A stretch of 28,925 nt of DNA from Candidatus Hodarchaeota archaeon (GCA_029856365.1 JAHQWW010000036.1:1-28925); one strand, 5' to 3'; numbered from the stretch's first letter, positions 19,701-28,851 are shown. Translations and numbers: made by a program. The notes: generated by a model not told the origin, from the sequence alone.

Positions 19701-20117
19701 ACCATAGACTGTATCTCCTTTAGTTACTAATGGTTTAAAATCCCATTTCTTATCCAAGTCTAACGGAGCAGATGTGAGACCACGAGTAATGAAATCACCT
19801 TCTTCTAATTGAAGAGCTGGCAAAGGTCGCTGGATACCATCATAAATTCGGGTAATTAACCCTGGACCGAGCTCTGCGCTTAGAGGTTTCCCTGTCGCTA
19901 CTGCTTCCTCTCTTGGTTTTAAACCAGTAGTCTCTTCATAAACTTGAACAGTTGAGATGTGTCTATTTCCAGATTGATTGATTCGGATAATCTCTCCAAT
20001 TAGCTGTTCTTCACCAACCCTAACGATTTCATAAAGTTGAGCACGATTCATACCACTAATTTCCACTACAGGGCCAGAAATTCTTACAATTTTACCTATT
20101 TGAACTTTTGAGGTCAA
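16707..20117 (-). CDS. atpA: A/V-type ATP synthase subunit A with a 539-aa intein (mature protein ~597 aa)
   Basis: [22 protein letters not shown]-loop GGFGTGK|T split by the intein, [35 protein letters not shown]. Confidence 0.96.
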   Translation of the reverse strand: MTSKVQIGKIVRISGPVVEISGMNRAQLYEIVRVGEEQLIGEIIRINQSGNRHISTVQVYEETTGLKPREEAVATGKPLSAELGPGLITRIYDGIQRPLPALQLEEGDFITRGLTSAPLDLDKKWDFKPLVTKGDTVYGGSHIGEVRESRMVTHKIMIPPDINIAKVTDIAAPDKYSISETIAQIDAEGQYPFALPITMKQTWPVRNARPFKRKLEANIPLITGQRIYDTFFPIAKGGVAAIPGGFGTGKCVTGDTPVLLESGDSIPIKHIYDYHMENNGIIEEDSETETLVHLIRPLSVISFDGTKYSSQKATHVYRGSTNAIVKIKTRSGRVVKITPIHKLFKFDGESIEETAAKDLKIGDNLIVPRKISIEGEETKFNCYDVDLSLRVIDQQALQKMIGLIKHLRQKMTLKQIAVKLNVSYDVFIGYWLLRNKPTLNFLKNLAKLAKAPLIPVKLVKSERQSDPFQIPNSFTKELAEWFGLFVADGHIKGKKGGIYLYNNNDDILQRFSILTEIIFDLDVEIGQDDSEKTPYACIRNESLKKFLYYLGIPKEKKTYNVRIPQAIRRGSDDLLVHFLSGYFAGDGSFYRYTIEFSTVSKNLFSDLGYLLTRLGLIYKVKIKGNSFIYYLDGKEAELLAGIFKFTEVHQYSKLIPLYSYAAKNTQYFVGRDVVPIGNQVLVRLHHEVKENAGYDVLRQRKGIRLSNYTKKGQTPTLSTLQQISSTLEEYQINIPTNKTLDAVIRLSQEVYFDKIISIELIEETKPVYDLTVDITHNFVGGILPFTLHNTVSQHQLAKWSDATVVVYVGCGERGNEMAEVLKDFPDLEDPRSGEKLMQRTVLIANTSNMPVAAREASIYLGITIAEYYRDMGYDVALMADSTSRWAEALREISGRLEEMPGEESYPAYLASRIAEFYERAGRIETLSGHKASISAVGAVSPGGGDFSEPVTQNTLKTVRVFWALSYPLARSRHFPAISWLESYSLYIDSLAHWYHKNIASDFNMRREESMALLQKEKELQEIVQLIGPDALPESEKIILQAAKMIREDFLQQNAYSEDSYCALDKQYKMLHIIIQFYHKMRENHKAGVPLEKMTSLPVLADIASLKWVFDEEFNGLYKKCLNFVQNEMKPSDFGIA
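17751..19367 (-). mobile_element. Intein with LAGLIDADG homing endonuclease in AtpA
   Basis: Begins CVTGDT after GFGTGK, block B TPIHKLF, LAGLIDADG-like motifs WFGLFVADG and [10 protein letters not shown], block F VYDLTV, ends LHN before Thr+1. 1617 nt. Confidence 0.95.
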
Positions 20118-20348
20118 AGCAGAATCCTTCTGATTTAATAAGATCTAGCTAATTAACAGCTGATATGATCACTTGGAAACTAGGAGACATTCTTACGAAA
20201 AGGGTTATTGCGAACATTAGTAAAGAAATTAAAAATCTTATTTTAATTTGATTGAAATACCTTCATGATCATGATATAAGATTAGTGTACTTAGAGAGAA
20301 AACTCAGGTTATTAAAAATGATTCAATCTATGGTAATTTTATTCATGG

Positions 20349-20543
20349 GAGGTCATCAACTAGCTCGTTGTCGAAGCTAGTCTCCATTGTGAGGGCTATA
20401 ACCCGACAACCTCTATTACATCAGCAGTAAGAGTCTTTGGGAGTGCTTTTATCAGGATATTGTAACCCACTGCACTTATTCCCTGAATTAGCTGATTGAT
20501 CCCTGAAATTATCAGTTAAAAACCTTTTAAGGGGCCTGATAAT
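20349..20543 (-). ncRNA. Candidate structured RNA or leader upstream of atpA, family not recognised
   Basis: Several helices that pair fully only on the minus strand through G-U pairs (GAGGUUGUC/GAUGACCUC, GCAGUGGG/CUUACUGC), plus ACUAGCU/AGCUAGU and AUUAUCAG/CUGAUAAU. GC-richer than flanks, no ORF in the track. Confidence 0.4.
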
Positions 20544-20885
20544 CAATTCATTTTCATTCTACTTTTATTTTCTCTCTCCAACACTTTCTTGCTCTTGTTC
20601 TGTTATCTCCTGTTTTTTTCACACTTCATTTTATTTATTTGAGACGAAAACAATCTTTTCAACTTGGTTTTACATCTTTTAACACTATTTCTTTTAATAT
20701 TAAAGACATATAAGTCCTCGTCGTGGTTTAGATCTACAATAACGTGAAAGTCTCTGTTTGGGGCAACAAAGAGATCAAAAGGACGGAGTATCGAACAATT
20801 ATTGTTTTTAAGAGCCTCATTTTAATCCCCCAAGAAAACAATTTTATTAAAGAAAAAAATAATAAATTCAGTTTATATTTCTCCT

Positions 20886-21485
20886 GTGGAGACTCTCAAG
20901 ATGACGGCTGAAAAGATGGATATAACTCCAGATTCTTTGAAGAAAGTGGCTAAAAGAGTAAAAATAGAAGAAGAGCTTAAAAACCTGAAAATTAAAATAG
21001 AAAAGCTCAAAATTCGTGCTGAGATTGAAGAGATTGATGTTAGTGAAGAAATAAAGAAACTTGATCAAGAGATCGCGAAATTAACCAAGGACAGGAAGGA
21101 ACATGAACCTTTAGAGTACCCTTTTTTAAATCTTATAAACAAACAAACGAAGCTAGAAGAACGTTTAAAGAAGTTAAATGATAAAAAAGGTGAGATTCAA
21201 GCTACAGTTTATGAATCTCTTAAAAATGAATATTTAGGAGAGAAAGAGGCAATAACACAACAAATTAATCAAGCTACAGATCAATTAAGAGAAATGAAAC
21301 AGGGGGCTTCAAAGGGAGCTCAGTCCTTGAAATATAGTATTGAAGAGCTTTCTGTCAGGAAAGAAATTGAGGAAATACCAGAAGAAGTTTATAATCAACG
21401 GATCTCAAATCTAAAGAGCGAACTGGCACAATCAGAGGAATTAAAAGAAGCTGTTGACTTTTTGTTAAAAATGGTGAGGAACTAA
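20886..21485 (+). CDS. Coiled-coil protein, possibly CdvA-like
   Basis: E/K-rich heptads. RLKKL..KKGEIQATVYESLKNEY and EELSVRKEIEEIPEEVY resemble CdvA-like coiled-coil repeats (recognition from memory only). Confidence 0.6.
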   Translation: METLKMTAEKMDITPDSLKKVAKRVKIEEELKNLKIKIEKLKIRAEIEEIDVSEEIKKLDQEIAKLTKDRKEHEPLEYPFLNLINKQTKLEERLKKLNDKKGEIQATVYESLKNEYLGEKEAITQQINQATDQLREMKQGASKGAQSLKYSIEELSVRKEIEEIPEEVYNQRISNLKSELAQSEELKEAVDFLLKMVRN

Positions 21486-21809
21486 TTGACCTCAGGATTT
21501 TCGAATCGATTAAAAGAGGCCAAGGAATTAGTAAAAAATCAAAGCGTGAAGAGGTATATAATTAGCGAAAATAATGACCAAAAAGTGGAACGATGGGTTG
21601 TTGTGGGAAAAACAAGAGAATATCTTACAATGATAGATCCATATTGGTGTCGTTGTTACGATTTTCAGCATAGCGTGTTGAACAACGAGGTATCTCAATG
21701 TAAACATAATATTGCTGTTCAAATCGCGCTTCAAGAAAATAAATATGATATATTTTACCTCAATAAAGAAGAATATAATTTTGTTCGCTCTGCCTTCCTC
21801 TTATCTTGA
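21486..21809 (+). CDS. SWIM zinc-finger protein
   Basis: WVVVGK..EY followed by WCRCYDF...CKH (CxC-xn-CxH). TTG start preceded by GGTGAGG. Confidence 0.85.
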   Translation: MTSGFSNRLKEAKELVKNQSVKRYIISENNDQKVERWVVVGKTREYLTMIDPYWCRCYDFQHSVLNNEVSQCKHNIAVQIALQENKYDIFYLNKEEYNFVRSAFLLS

Positions 21810-21882
21810 AGGAATGGAACTGCAAACCTATTAGAATATGGATCTATTGTTGAGAGAATGCTTTATTCTTTACCTAATTTTT

Positions 21883-22866
21883 CTATTCTAACTTCGTCTC
21901 AAAAAGATGGAATAAATATTTCTTAATAGATCGAATCTCCAGCAATGCAGAGTTGTATCCTGCTGCACTATCATGTCCACCTCCAGTTCCCCCAAAACGA
22001 TCTATTAGATTAGGAATGATATCTCTTCCGAGAGACAAGCCTGTTTCCTTTGGAAAATTCTGTGTTGTCCTGAAACTTATCCTAGTTTCCTGCTTTCGAT
22101 TGGCAATAACAATTGCAATATCTCCTCCTAAAAAGATCAGTGAACGAGCCGCTGCCGCCTCAAATGAACTTACATAAGAGAAAAGTAAGATTTTATCATT
22201 AATTTGGTGTCGTTTCATACGTTGGGCTGCTCTAATACAAGCCAATTTTTCTGAGTAAGAACGAGAGGAAGAAAAAAGGTTTAAAGTTTCAGAATAGGCG
22301 TCAGAATTATTACGAAGAAGAAAATTAACACAATCAAATAATTCACGATCAGCATACAAAAATCTTCTTGTATCAAAGACAATTCCTGCAAGAAGGCTCT
22401 TAATAATCTGCGGAGTTAGAGAGACCTTTGCATGATAGTACAGAGATGCAATGATTTCAGCAGTTGCTCTAAAAGTTTCAAGTTGAAAATCAAATGTTAC
22501 TTCTACTTCCAATACGGTACGGATGTGATGGTCTATAATTACAAATTGATTTTTTGAAGCGATTAAATTGGAATCTATGTTATTGGTATCAAGGAGAATA
22601 AGTAGTGATGGAGGTGTTACCTGATCAATCTTAATGGGGTCAAATTGAAAATTAGAAATATCAAGTAGTTTTTCTCCCAAAGTACTCAATTCTGGTTCAA
22701 GAGTTCGAATTATTAGATTAGGATTTATAACACGAATTAAATGGGTTAGGGCAATAGCTGATCCTACAGCATCAAGATCAGCTTGGGAATGCATTACCAA
22801 AATTACCATATTCTGATATTCACGAAGAAATTCAAAAAACTTGTCATAAGAGGGGATAATTCTCAA
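21883..22866 (-). CDS. DHH/DHHA1-family phosphoesterase
   Basis: H..ADLDAVGS, ILLDT, IIDHH, GIVFDT, ISFR, GGGHDSAAG. Confidence 0.9.
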   Translation of the reverse strand: MRIIPSYDKFFEFLREYQNMVILVMHSQADLDAVGSAIALTHLIRVINPNLIIRTLEPELSTLGEKLLDISNFQFDPIKIDQVTPPSLLILLDTNNIDSNLIASKNQFVIIDHHIRTVLEVEVTFDFQLETFRATAEIIASLYYHAKVSLTPQIIKSLLAGIVFDTRRFLYADRELFDCVNFLLRNNSDAYSETLNLFSSSRSYSEKLACIRAAQRMKRHQINDKILLFSYVSSFEAAAARSLIFLGGDIAIVIANRKQETRISFRTTQNFPKETGLSLGRDIIPNLIDRFGGTGGGHDSAAGYNSALLEIRSIKKYLFHLFETKLE

Positions 22867-22879
22867 TATTTCTCTTTCC

Positions 22880-23437
22880 TTACTTATTATTTAATAATAC
22901 CTCAATTTCTGCATGTAAACGTCGCACTCTCTTGAGAATTGGGTGTGATCGGATGAGGTGTTTGCTATATCGATCAATTATTTCATCAATGGATAAAATG
23001 GGTTCTTTTTTTGAAACATTATCGGCATAAGTTATTATTTTTTCCTCTAAAGTCACCGGTAGATAATTTTGAAAAGGTAATCCAAGTTTAACCGCTTCAT
23101 GTTTAGTAATTCCAGCAAATAAATGATTCTCTGCGATTTTTGCTACTTCTTCAGGAAAACCTTCTTTTCGTATCAATCGAGCGCCTATTATCCCATGATC
23201 TATACGATGTGATTTACATCGCCCAATGTCATGAAGTAGAGCACCAGCAAGAATGAAATCACAGTTTATCGAAATTTTTTGTGCCTTTATTCGTTTTGCA
23301 ACTCTCAATGCTGTTTGAGCTGTTTGAATTGAATGAGAAATGACATTTGAAGGTGTTGAGTAACGTAGAAGCAGTTGAATGCAAGTAATATAATTTGGAA
23401 AAGTGGTCATTTGTGAAATTCCCCTTGATATAGTCAT
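22880..23437 (-). CDS. HD-domain (HDIG) metal-dependent phosphohydrolase
   Basis: HS, GALLHDIGR, HGIIGA, NH, EEKIITYAD. The start may be ATG 23410. Confidence 0.88.
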   Translation of the reverse strand: MTISRGISQMTTFPNYITCIQLLLRYSTPSNVISHSIQTAQTALRVAKRIKAQKISINCDFILAGALLHDIGRCKSHRIDHGIIGARLIRKEGFPEEVAKIAENHLFAGITKHEAVKLGLPFQNYLPVTLEEKIITYADNVSKKEPILSIDEIIDRYSKHLIRSHPILKRVRRLHAEIEVLLNNK

Positions 23438-23516
23438 GGTTATATTGTGAAATATTGTCTTACATCTGTTCTTATAACATAATGATGTACTTGGTAAGGT
23501 TGTTCGTAATTTCTTA

Positions 23517-23636
23517 AAGGGTATGGGTTTAGGATTATTTAGTACAAAGGCTATTGTAGAAAACTATGGAGGGGAAATTTCACTTAACTCCAAAGTGGGT
23601 CATAGCTTAGAGTTTTCAGTAATAATTTCAATTTAA
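23517..23636 (+). pseudogene. Remnant of a histidine-kinase HATPase_c C-terminus
   Basis: KGMGLGLFSTKAIVENYGGEISLNSKVGHSLEFSVIISI* matches the G2 box and terminal strands. An in-frame stop lies ~14 codons upstream. No N, G1 or H boxes. Confidence 0.7.
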
Positions 23637-23785
23637 TACCAAAATAAGGTCGTGATTAACCGTCGAAAAGACATTATAGCTTTCTTAGATATTATTAAAC
23701 AAGAAAAACTTAAATCACAATCATCCTTTATTCTTATTGAAGTGAAATCCTTATATGATAACGTTTATTGATGATAGCTCAATAT

Positions 23786-23861
23786 AGGGACGTGGTCTAG
23801 TCTGGTGTAAGATTCCCGGTTCGGGATCGGGTGATCGGGGGTTCAAATCCCCCCGTCCCTA
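23786..23861 (+). tRNA. tRNA-Pro(CGG)
   Basis: Acceptor AGGGACG/CGTCCCT-A, anticodon arm CCCGG-TTCGGGA-TCGGG, GGGGG-TTCAAAT-CCCCC. Confidence 0.92.
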
Positions 23862-24072
23862 TTTTCTGGTTTTAAAAAAAATGATCAGGAGTATTATATT
23901 ACTAAGATATTTATTCCTCATTTTTTAACTAAGAATTTCTGATCATTTTTAGTTTCTGCTACTTCCATTCACTGTTATGATGTTTCTCAAAAAACACCAT
24001 TGATCAATCCCCTTAACAATTCCACCATAAAATGACATCTTGGGTTTCATTGTCAGCTTTTTTAGAAAGAAA

Positions 24073-24471
24073 TTAGAGATCTTCGAACCCTTCTTTTACT
24101 TCCTCCACTTCATCCTTGGATTCTTCATCTGTTTCAATAGTGGGCTTAAGAGTTGCTATAAATTCCGAATATCGTGTGAGAAGCTGTTCAATTTGGTCAT
24201 CTGATAAGCGATCACCAGTTACTACTCGTATGTCAACTGGTGTTTTAGGATTAACATTAACAAGTTGGACTACAAGTATTCGGGGAAGTTTAAACTCCTC
24301 CTTTAGAGTTTGGATTACTTCCTCTGAATAAGCAGCAGCACGAGAAAGTTTTTCAGCATGTTGTGCTGTAACTCGTTGGACGTAATTAATACCCGTTTCT
24401 TCTCGTATTTTCAATAAATCATGCACTTGCCCTAGAGGAATAGGTTTTTCTTCTATAACTTTTCTTACCAT
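24073..24471 (-). CDS. rpoF: RNA polymerase subunit F (Rpo4)
   Basis: KVIEEKPIPL..V..LL, NYVQRVT..HA, QLVNVNPKT..DIR. Directly downstream of rpl21e, as in the conserved archaeal cluster. Acidic tail. Confidence 0.85.
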   Translation of the reverse strand: MVRKVIEEKPIPLGQVHDLLKIREETGINYVQRVTAQHAEKLSRAAAYSEEVIQTLKEEFKLPRILVVQLVNVNPKTPVDIRVVTGDRLSDDQIEQLLTRYSEFIATLKPTIETDEESKDEVEEVKEGFEDL

Positions 24472-24505
24472 TTTTAATTAACAATCCTCAATTAGAATAA
24501 GTTAT

Positions 24506-24799
24506 TCATGTTTGTGCTTTTAGGTGTTCGGGTCGTGCAATAATTTTTTTGGAGCTCTTTCCATCAGAAACTTGGATTAGATATGCCTGTCCACGTTTTT
24601 CAAGGATTTTCCCAGTTTTTCCATGAAATCTCCTATGGGGCCGTCCTTTTTGGACGCTGGGTTCAATAACAATATTAACTTTGGAGTTTACTTTATAATT
24701 TGCTAGTGTTCGGGATAGAGAAGGTAAACCACGTTTTCTCGGATGTTTGGAGAATATTTTTCGTGTCCTAAAGTTCATACCTTTTGATTTTTTGACCAT
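24506..24799 (-). CDS. rpl21e: 50S ribosomal protein eL21
   Basis: SKG...TRK, PSVQKGRPHRRFHGKTG, RPEHLK. Confidence 0.96.
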   Translation of the reverse strand: MVKKSKGMNFRTRKIFSKHPRKRGLPSLSRTLANYKVNSKVNIVIEPSVQKGRPHRRFHGKTGKILEKRGQAYLIQVSDGKSSKKIIARPEHLKAQT

Positions 24800-24944
24800 T
24801 CTGTCTTACTCCTAAGTTTGCGAGTTATTTTCTGTTTTTCAAGTCCTTTGGGGAGCTATCGGCTTCAGTGACACCATTAAAAAGGATTTTTCTTAACATA
24901 TTTTTGGATTTCTTTCGTTATTAATGGATTCTTCTAAAGTATCA

Positions 24945-26300
24945 CTAAAGAGAATCTTTATCATTGAAAACCTCAACAACATCGAGTTGAATGACATTAG
25001 CAGTGATGTTGAGACGCTCCGAGAGGTTCGGTTGGGTTCTCCCCTCGTCTCCACTGATTAGTTCTTTTACATATAATCCTCCTTCGCAAACTATATAGAG
25101 TGTTAATTGATGTGGTTCTATTTTCTTAATTTGAAATGATTTTACTCTTCTTGATCGAACTTTATCAGCCCGTCGGTGAACTACTCGAATTGGGGTTCGT
25201 TGTTGGATAAGTAAATCGGAGAATTCGTTTTCTATGGCTTGAATTTCAGTTTTTCCTAGTTTTAACGGGGAGTTCAAAGAAATAATAACTCTATATCCTT
25301 TTGCATTTCTGCTAGATCGTGTTTTCAGTTCTCTAACTTTAGCTCTGTTTGTTAATCCCTCAATTTTAATTTCAACTTTTCCCACAGCGTTTTTATTGAT
25401 TTCTCTTTCTAGCATTTTAAAATCCAGATTTCTTTTCTTAGGTTCAGAAATCTCAAGAACAAATGGACGTCCATTTCCTAACATCCGTGCATCAATATCT
25501 TCTCTTCCTGAACCATGAAATTTGCTTGCTATACCTTTAGCTGCTGATAGAATGGGTTCTGAAATAAATTCTTCCACTGACTCTTGATACATTTTACCTG
25601 TAAAATTGCAATATTCACATCCTTTACCATGACACTTACGACAGAACCATTTGGATTGTGGAATTCCACGTTTGAATTTTCTGTATCTACCTAAGATAAA
25701 TAGTGGATTACTTTTTATTTTTATCTGGTTATTCATTAAATCAAACGTTAAAACAATGTCTGGGGCTTTAAATTCCACTAGAGCATCATCAATCTGTTCC
25801 TGCAATCGTTTTCCTATTTCTCGATTGAATTCAGACTTAATTGATTCTCCAAATTCAAGATTATAGGCGCCTCGAATAGTATCTTCTTTATCTATTATAA
25901 AAGGAGGGAATTGACTTCCTACAAGAAATGTGGAAAATTCATATTCACTTAGGGCTTTAAGGGCATCAGTTGTCAAAGTTTTTAATTTATAGGAAGATAA
26001 GTTATCTTGGCAAATGTCGCAGGGGGTGTCAACAGGTTGAGTATCAGGAAAAAATCGTTTTATTGACACTGATCCAATATTAAAGTCTTTAGAGAGAAGA
26101 GATGACGAATTAGGAGGTTCAATTGCTAATAAACGATGATTATTTTCCCATTCCATTAGGAGTAATATTTTTAGTGCTTCACCTCGTTTGGTATTCGACA
26201 ATCCTGTCAATAGATTGCCAAATTGCCGACCTAGACACGAGTTGCAGCAATGTATATCCCTAACTAATTGGCTAACCTTGCTAAGGATTGATGATTCCAT
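24945..26300 (-). CDS. pus10: tRNA pseudouridine(54/55) synthase Pus10
   Basis: CNSCLGRQF, KSEFNREIGK, GRYRK..RGIPQSKW, GREDIDARMLG.GRPF, QRTPIRV.HRRAD, GGLYVKELISGD. Confidence 0.95.
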   Translation of the reverse strand: MESSILSKVSQLVRDIHCCNSCLGRQFGNLLTGLSNTKRGEALKILLLMEWENNHRLLAIEPPNSSSLLSKDFNIGSVSIKRFFPDTQPVDTPCDICQDNLSSYKLKTLTTDALKALSEYEFSTFLVGSQFPPFIIDKEDTIRGAYNLEFGESIKSEFNREIGKRLQEQIDDALVEFKAPDIVLTFDLMNNQIKIKSNPLFILGRYRKFKRGIPQSKWFCRKCHGKGCEYCNFTGKMYQESVEEFISEPILSAAKGIASKFHGSGREDIDARMLGNGRPFVLEISEPKKRNLDFKMLEREINKNAVGKVEIKIEGLTNRAKVRELKTRSSRNAKGYRVIISLNSPLKLGKTEIQAIENEFSDLLIQQRTPIRVVHRRADKVRSRRVKSFQIKKIEPHQLTLYIVCEGGLYVKELISGDEGRTQPNLSERLNITANVIQLDVVEVFNDKDSL

Positions 26301-26531
26301 AAATAATACCCTTCAGTTATAATCAACAGGAATCAAAACAAAAGTATTATTCGGTTTTTGACTTTTTAATAGTCAGAACTATGGATTTAATCCTCCAATA
26401 GTATGATATTCCCACTTTACAGTTATTTTTTTACTTTTTTCTAACGAAAATATAAGTAAATATACAAATTTTTCAAATAGACGTGTAAAAATAATTCTTT
26501 TAATCTGAAGATTAGAAGTTGAGATATTAAT

Positions 26532-27062
26532 ATGAGGCGTTTTTTAATAATATCAAACAGTGTAGACACTTCTAAACCTCTTTCTCTTAATTCATTAACT
26601 GGATACGGCCGACTGGATGTATTATGCCGTTGTATTTCCTCTGCTTTTTTTCTTTCAAATGATTTTAGGAAAGATGTCATTCTTGAAATTTATTTTCGGA
26701 TTAACGGGAAAATTTTAGAGATTCGAGGTGATAGTGTTCGAGGAATAAATCCAGATGAAAGAGCGATAGCAGGAGTATTAAAGCGAATATTCAAAGAACA
26801 TCCGCATCCAGGGATACGATTTTATCCTAGTACTCTAGAGGGTTATCTTGAAGGGCAAAGTCCCCTTGTACTTGATATGAAAGGAGAATATTCTACTCTA
26901 ATGCTGAAAAAACATGTTTCCTTTATAATAGGTGATCAAATAGGATTCATAGAAGAAAATTGGCAATTTTTTTCAAAACTACCAAAATTTTCCCTGGGTT
27001 CACATGAATATTTAAGTTCTCAAACAATAACCATTCTCAATTATCTCTTAGATACCCTCTAA
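26532..27062 (+). CDS. trmY: tRNA (pseudouridine54-N1)-methyltransferase (SPOUT)
   Basis: GRLDVLCRC, AFFLSNDFRKDV, NPDERAIA, FIIGDQIG, SLG. Confidence 0.88.
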   Translation: MRRFLIISNSVDTSKPLSLNSLTGYGRLDVLCRCISSAFFLSNDFRKDVILEIYFRINGKILEIRGDSVRGINPDERAIAGVLKRIFKEHPHPGIRFYPSTLEGYLEGQSPLVLDMKGEYSTLMLKKHVSFIIGDQIGFIEENWQFFSKLPKFSLGSHEYLSSQTITILNYLLDTL

Positions 27063-27295
27063 TTAGAAATAAGAAATCTAATCCCCTTTAAAAATTGATC
27101 CTCATTTATACAACATTTGACACTTGTAAATGAGGATTTTTCTCTGAAATAAAATTTATTAATTGCTAAAAAGTGTTCGTTCATAATTCATTACCTCCAC
27201 TGTTCACAATCGTTGAGGCTGAAAAAGTTAATTATTGGTATAAAGTGGGTTTTATTTAGTATAGTAAAATAAACCACTTATGAGGTCTAATGTAA

Positions 27296-28660
27296 ATGCT
27301 TGATTCTTTGAGTTTATCATTACGAAATGCCATCATGAAAATTCGTGGTGCAGCCATTGTTGATGAAAAAATAATAAACGATTTTATACAGGATTTGGAG
27401 AATGCCCTTCTTTCTGCTGATGTTAATCTAGAGTTGGTTCTTAATGTTACAGAACAAGTACGAGAAAAAGCACTCAAAGATCAAGTTCCTATGGGGGTGA
27501 GTAGGCGTGACTATACTCTTAAAGTTATTTATGATGAACTTACTAGATTACTTGGTAAGAGACACGTTCCACTTCGTTTAAATCCTAATGAAATTTCAGT
27601 TCTTATGTTCATTGGTATTCAGGGATCAGGTAAAACAACAAGCATAGGTAAAGTAGCTAATTATTTTCAAAAAAGAGGCTATAAAGTTGGGGTTATAGGG
27701 GGAGACACATTTAGACCAGGTGCTTTAGCTCAACTTCAACAATATAATGCTCCTATTAATGTTGAGGTTTATGGGGATGAGAAGGAAAAAAAATCATCAA
27801 AAGTTATTAAGAATGGATTGAATTATTTTAAGGAGAAAAAAAATGTCAATCTCGTTTTAATAGATACTGCTGGGCGACATAAGGAGGAGAAATCTTTATT
27901 AAAGGAAATGCAGGAAATTGCAAAAATTGCTAAGCCTACTGAGATTATTTTAGTGGTTGATGCAACGATAGGTCAGCAAGCTCGAGCACAGGCTGATGCT
28001 TTCAATCGTACAACACCCATTGGATCAATTATTTTAACAAAACTTGACGGTTCAGCCAAAGGTGGCGGGGCTGTCTCTGCTGTTGCAATAACAGGAGCAA
28101 AAATCCGATTCTATGGTGATGGGGAAAAGATCCAGGATTTGGAGGAGTTTAATCCGACCCGTTTCGTTGGGTCACTATTAGGTATGGGAGATATCGAGGG
28201 GTTAATACAAAGTGTAAATGAAGCATTTGATGAGGAAGATACAGCTGAGCTTCGCGATGCTTTCAAAAAAGGGAAGCTAACATTACGACATTTCAAAATA
28301 CAATTGGAGAGTGCTAGTAAACAATCATCTATCGGAAAATTAGTTTCAAAAATTCCAGGAATGAGTGCTCTGACTGGAAAGCAGCCGATATTAGAAGCAG
28401 AGGGCCAAAAAAATATCAAACGGTTCATTGCAATATGTAATTCAATGACCGAAGAAGAATTGGATAATGCCCGTGTGATTAAAGGTAGACGTATCCAGAG
28501 AATTTCGAAAGGGTCAGGAACATCCCCCCAAGAGGTTAAACTTCTTTTAAATCAATTTAACCAAGCAGTGAAGCAGTTAAAAATGATGCGGAAGATGCGA
28601 GGACGCCGCGGAGCTCCCCCAGGAGGGATTCCGCCTGGTTTAGAGGGAATGTTTGGTTAG
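27296..28660 (+). CDS. srp54: Signal recognition particle 54 kDa protein
   Basis: [49 protein letters not shown] domain [16 protein letters not shown]. Confidence 0.97.
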   Translation: MLDSLSLSLRNAIMKIRGAAIVDEKIINDFIQDLENALLSADVNLELVLNVTEQVREKALKDQVPMGVSRRDYTLKVIYDELTRLLGKRHVPLRLNPNEISVLMFIGIQGSGKTTSIGKVANYFQKRGYKVGVIGGDTFRPGALAQLQQYNAPINVEVYGDEKEKKSSKVIKNGLNYFKEKKNVNLVLIDTAGRHKEEKSLLKEMQEIAKIAKPTEIILVVDATIGQQARAQADAFNRTTPIGSIILTKLDGSAKGGGAVSAVAITGAKIRFYGDGEKIQDLEEFNPTRFVGSLLGMGDIEGLIQSVNEAFDEEDTAELRDAFKKGKLTLRHFKIQLESASKQSSIGKLVSKIPGMSALTGKQPILEAEGQKNIKRFIAICNSMTEEELDNARVIKGRRIQRISKGSGTSPQEVKLLLNQFNQAVKQLKMMRKMRGRRGAPPGGIPPGLEGMFG

Positions 28661-28711
28661 ATATTGATGGACAATTATATTTGATCATAGATCCTAGATA
28701 GGAAATAAGAA

Positions 28712-28851
28712 TGCTCCGACCGGGATTTTCCGTTCACAAACATCGTGTTTGTCTCTTTTGAACCCGGGTCACAGGGGAACTCCTGAGAATACCCTATCTG
28801 GTGGCTCTCATTGAGAGCCCTGAATGATGGGCCGAGCTACACTATCGGAGC
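28712..28851 (-). tRNA. tRNA-Glu(CTC) with two introns (37/38: 28778-28811; T-loop 59/60: ~28726-28756)
   Basis: Acceptor GCTCCGA/TCGGAGC-A, anticodon stem CAGGG/CCCTG with mature loop CTCTCAC, BHB (CTCT/GGAG, bulges CAA and TTC, TGAGAG/TTCTCA), T-stem CCGGG/CCCGG. Confidence 0.88.

Noticed and set aside
20349-20790. SRP RNA, RNase P RNA, C/D sRNA, hammerhead or HDV ribozyme, glycine or cobalamin riboswitch
   Set aside because: Only isolated fragments match (UGUAACCC, UGAUGA, UCCUCGU, AAAAGGAC, GGGAA). The required partner motifs and helices are missing.
21483-21488. Stop-codon readthrough fusing the coiled-coil and SWIM ORFs (TAA directly followed by in-frame TTG)
   Set aside because: A strong SD-like GGTGAGG sits 6 nt before the TTG, supporting independent initiation, and UAA is the least leaky stop.
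24844-24886. Possible leader hairpin or K-turn upstream of rpl21e
   Set aside because: Only a 6-bp closing helix, with no clean K-turn or box motifs.
27243-27279. Imperfect inverted repeat just upstream of srp54
   Set aside because: AT-rich and bulged, so plausible by chance.
492-28428. Short ORFs in the track overlapping longer genes (e.g. 492-674, 1629-1826, 2262-2444, 3960-4190, 7853-8140, 17210-17530, 28111-28428)
   Set aside because: Antisense or alternate-frame shadows of well-supported genes, with no recognisable motifs.
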